DNA of 64,000 nt from a bacterium (lineage in GTDB: Bacteria; Omnitrophota; Gorgyraeia; Duberdicusellales; 4484-171), in assembly GCA_021796115.1 (NCBI GenBank), contig JAJYOP010000002.1, positions 6,842 through 70,841 of the forward strand, read 5' to 3'. The notes under the pieces were generated by a model, which was given only the letters and a program-made list of their open reading frames with translations, searched no databases and was not told the origin of the DNA. Made by a program: the position numbers and the translations under genes. Positions 62,157 through 64,000 of this stretch are shown one piece after another (the stretch's first letter is position 1; each line of letters opens with the position of its first letter).

Positions 62157-63285
62157 AGAAAACCTCCTGTAACTTTGCAACCGATGCACCAACCTTGAAG
62201 TTTGCGTATCCGATTTCGCGTAAAACTTTCTCAAGTATCGAAAAGCACATAATCAGGTCTTGCTCGTTAATCCAGCCCATATGTGCGATTCTGAAAATCT
62301 TTTGCTCAATTTCTCCTTGCCCGGCGGCAATGCTTATGCCGTAATCCTTACGCATTTTCTTAACGATATCTTTGGAGTTAATGCCGTCAGGAGAAACGAT
62401 TGCCGTGACCGAAGAAGATGGGTGTTTTGAATATACTTTTAACCCCAAAGCTTCGGCGGCATCACGGGTAGCTTCGGCCATTTTTTTGTACCGGATCCAC
62501 ATATTTTCAATGCCATCTTTTTTAATCAAATCAATGCTCTCTTTCAAACCCACAATCAAATTAACTGCCGGAGTAAAAGGCGTATCGTTTTTCTCATAAG
62601 CCTTTAAAGCCTTGTTTATACTGAAATAATATTTCGGTAACGTGGAGTTTTTCAGGAAATTTTTTGCTTTTTCGCTGATGCTTATAAACGCAAGACCCGG
62701 CGGAAGCATAAAGCCTTTCTGGGAACCGCTGACAACGATATCGACTCCCCATTCATCCGTAGCTAAAGCATCTTGACCAAGGCCGCTTATAGCATCAACC
62801 ACCAGTAAAACATTTTTATCTTTAGTTACTGTAGCAATACCTTTTACATCAAAGACCGTTGCCGTTGAAGTTTCGCATAAGGTTGTAAGTACCCCCTTTA
62901 TGTCTTTGTGAGTTTCAAGCATTTTTTTGACATCTTCAGCTTTAGGCGTATCTGCCCATTCAATCTTCATCTCTATCACTTCAAGGCCAAAGGCTTTTGC
63001 GATTTCCGCCCAGCGTTCACTGAATTTTCCGCCGACAGTTACCAAAACTTTATCTTTAGCAGAAAAAAAATTACTTACCGCGGCTTCCATTGCGCCGGTT
63101 CCGGAAGAGGCAAATGTTAAAACCGGACTCCTTGTGCAAAAAACGTATTTGAGGCCTTCGTTAGTTTCTTTCAGTATTTCGATAAACTCATCCGTCCTGT
63201 GGTGCATTATTTCTTTGGCCAGAGCCTCTCTTATCAAAGAAGGAACCGGAGACGGGCCTGGTGTCATTAAATATTTTCTTTTCAT
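62149..63285 (-). CDS. Class V aminotransferase (AGXT/SerC-like), likely phosphoserine aminotransferase by context
   Basis: LMTPGPSPVP, DAISGLG, SGSQKGFMLPPGL (PLP lysine). Translationally coupled to serA. Confidence 0.75.
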   Translation of the reverse strand: MKRKYLMTPGPSPVPSLIREALAKEIMHHRTDEFIEILKETNEGLKYVFCTRSPVLTFASSGTGAMEAAVSNFFSAKDKVLVTVGGKFSERWAEIAKAFGLEVIEMKIEWADTPKAEDVKKMLETHKDIKGVLTTLCETSTATVFDVKGIATVTKDKNVLLVVDAISGLGQDALATDEWGVDIVVSGSQKGFMLPPGLAFISISEKAKNFLKNSTLPKYYFSINKALKAYEKNDTPFTPAVNLIVGLKESIDLIKKDGIENMWIRYKKMAEATRDAAEALGLKVYSKHPSSSVTAIVSPDGINSKDIVKKMRKDYGISIAAGQGEIEQKIFRIAHMGWINEQDLIMCFSILEKVLREIGYANFKVGASVAKLQEVFYA

Positions 63286-63423
63286 AGTTATCTCCTTTTA
63301 ATTTTTAATCCCGTGCTAGATACCCCGGGCTTTGCCGAAAAATGAATGTAATTGTGGATCTTTACTCGGGAGGAAGCCCCAGTCTAAAGATCGGGAAGAC
63401 TTCACTGTTTTTATTGTTTCAAA

Positions 63424-64000
63424 CTACTTGGCTTGTTTAGTCGGCATTATCACTTCATCAACTATGCCGTATTCTTTTGCTTCTTGAGCACTCATGAAAT
63501 AATCTCTGTCAGTGTCCTCTCTAACTTTATCAATCGATTTTCCAGTATGTGCCGCAAGGATTTCGTTTACCTTCTCGCGCATTTTAAGTATCTCTTTGGT
63601 TTGGCGTGAAATATCTTCCGCACTGCCCTGCACTCCGCCCCACGGCTGGTGAATCATAATTCGAGAATTAGGGAGCGTGAAACGCTTGCCCTTGGTGCCT
63701 GCACAAAGCAAAATAGCACCCATTGATGACGCCTGGCCTACACAATAAGTTGCGACATCGCATTTGACAAATTGCATGGTATCGTATATAGCCAAGCCTG
63801 CAGTAATCACTCCTCCGGGGCTGTTTATGTAAAGATTTATATCCTTGCTTACATCTTCCATCTGCAAAAAGAGCATTTGCGCGATTATTACATTTGCAAC
63901 GTTATCATCAATAGGAGTGCCGATAAAAACTATCCGGTCTTTAAGCAGGCGGGAGTAAATATCGTATGCCCGCTCAATTCTGCCTGATTGCTCGATGACC
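63424..64000 (-). CDS. clpP: ATP-dependent Clp protease proteolytic subunit (5' end beyond window)
   Basis: The reading frame stays open to the window edge (..[37 protein letters not shown]..). Catalytic GQASSMGA and IMIHQP. Confidence 0.95.
   Translation of the reverse strand, partial: VIEQSGRIERAYDIYSRLLKDRIVFIGTPIDDNVANVIIAQMLFLQMEDVSKDINLYINSPGGVITAGLAIYDTMQFVKCDVATYCVGQASSMGAILLCAGTKGKRFTLPNSRIMIHQPWGGVQGSAEDISRQTKEILKMREKVNEILAAHTGKSIDKVREDTDRDYFMSAQEAKEYGIVDEVIMPTKQAK

Overview
AT-rich bacterial chromosome segment, probably from an uncultivated diderm lineage. Supporting this are a PagL-like outer-membrane beta-barrel, the GmhB heptose phosphatase and a full MreBCD-PBP2-RodA module. 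The taxon cannot be assigned from sequence alone. I support about 70 protein genes and 4 tRNAs (Thr-CGU, Val-CAC, CAU, Ala-CGC). There is no rRNA, CRISPR, transposase, integrase or phage gene. Content is mostly housekeeping: purine genes purU/purN/purA, the SAM cycle metK-ahcY, pfk and an aldolase, ilvD, serA with an aminotransferase, ruvAC, ligA, priA, fmt, clpP, and several RNA-modification enzymes. Genes from 20.6 kb to the right edge form one long co-directional minus-strand run. The left 9 kb is a secreted-glycosidase plus ABC sugar-uptake locus. No obvious defence or mobile system is present. The non-routine items follow. (1) A 1021-aa FtsH carries two complete AAA+/M41 modules in one polypeptide. 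(2) Intergenic spacers hold families of short-word arrays: GTTAC pentamers on a strict 9-nt period, ACGGAT/CACNNAT words arranged as inverted arrays, and composite hairpin repeats with a GTCGAAT linker. Exact 11-23-mers are shared between distant loci. (3) A carboxy(nor)spermidine pathway pair sits next to a small AdoMetDC-fold gene. (4) Several enzymes have degenerate catalytic motifs: PriA lacks Walker A and DEEH, a secreted 5'-nucleotidase-like protein has lost its metal ligands and gained CxxC motifs, and a PFK has an altered ATP site. (5) A 12-bp helix links the end of an MFS gene to the purN ribosome-binding site. All functional calls rest on motifs read by eye. No database search was run.
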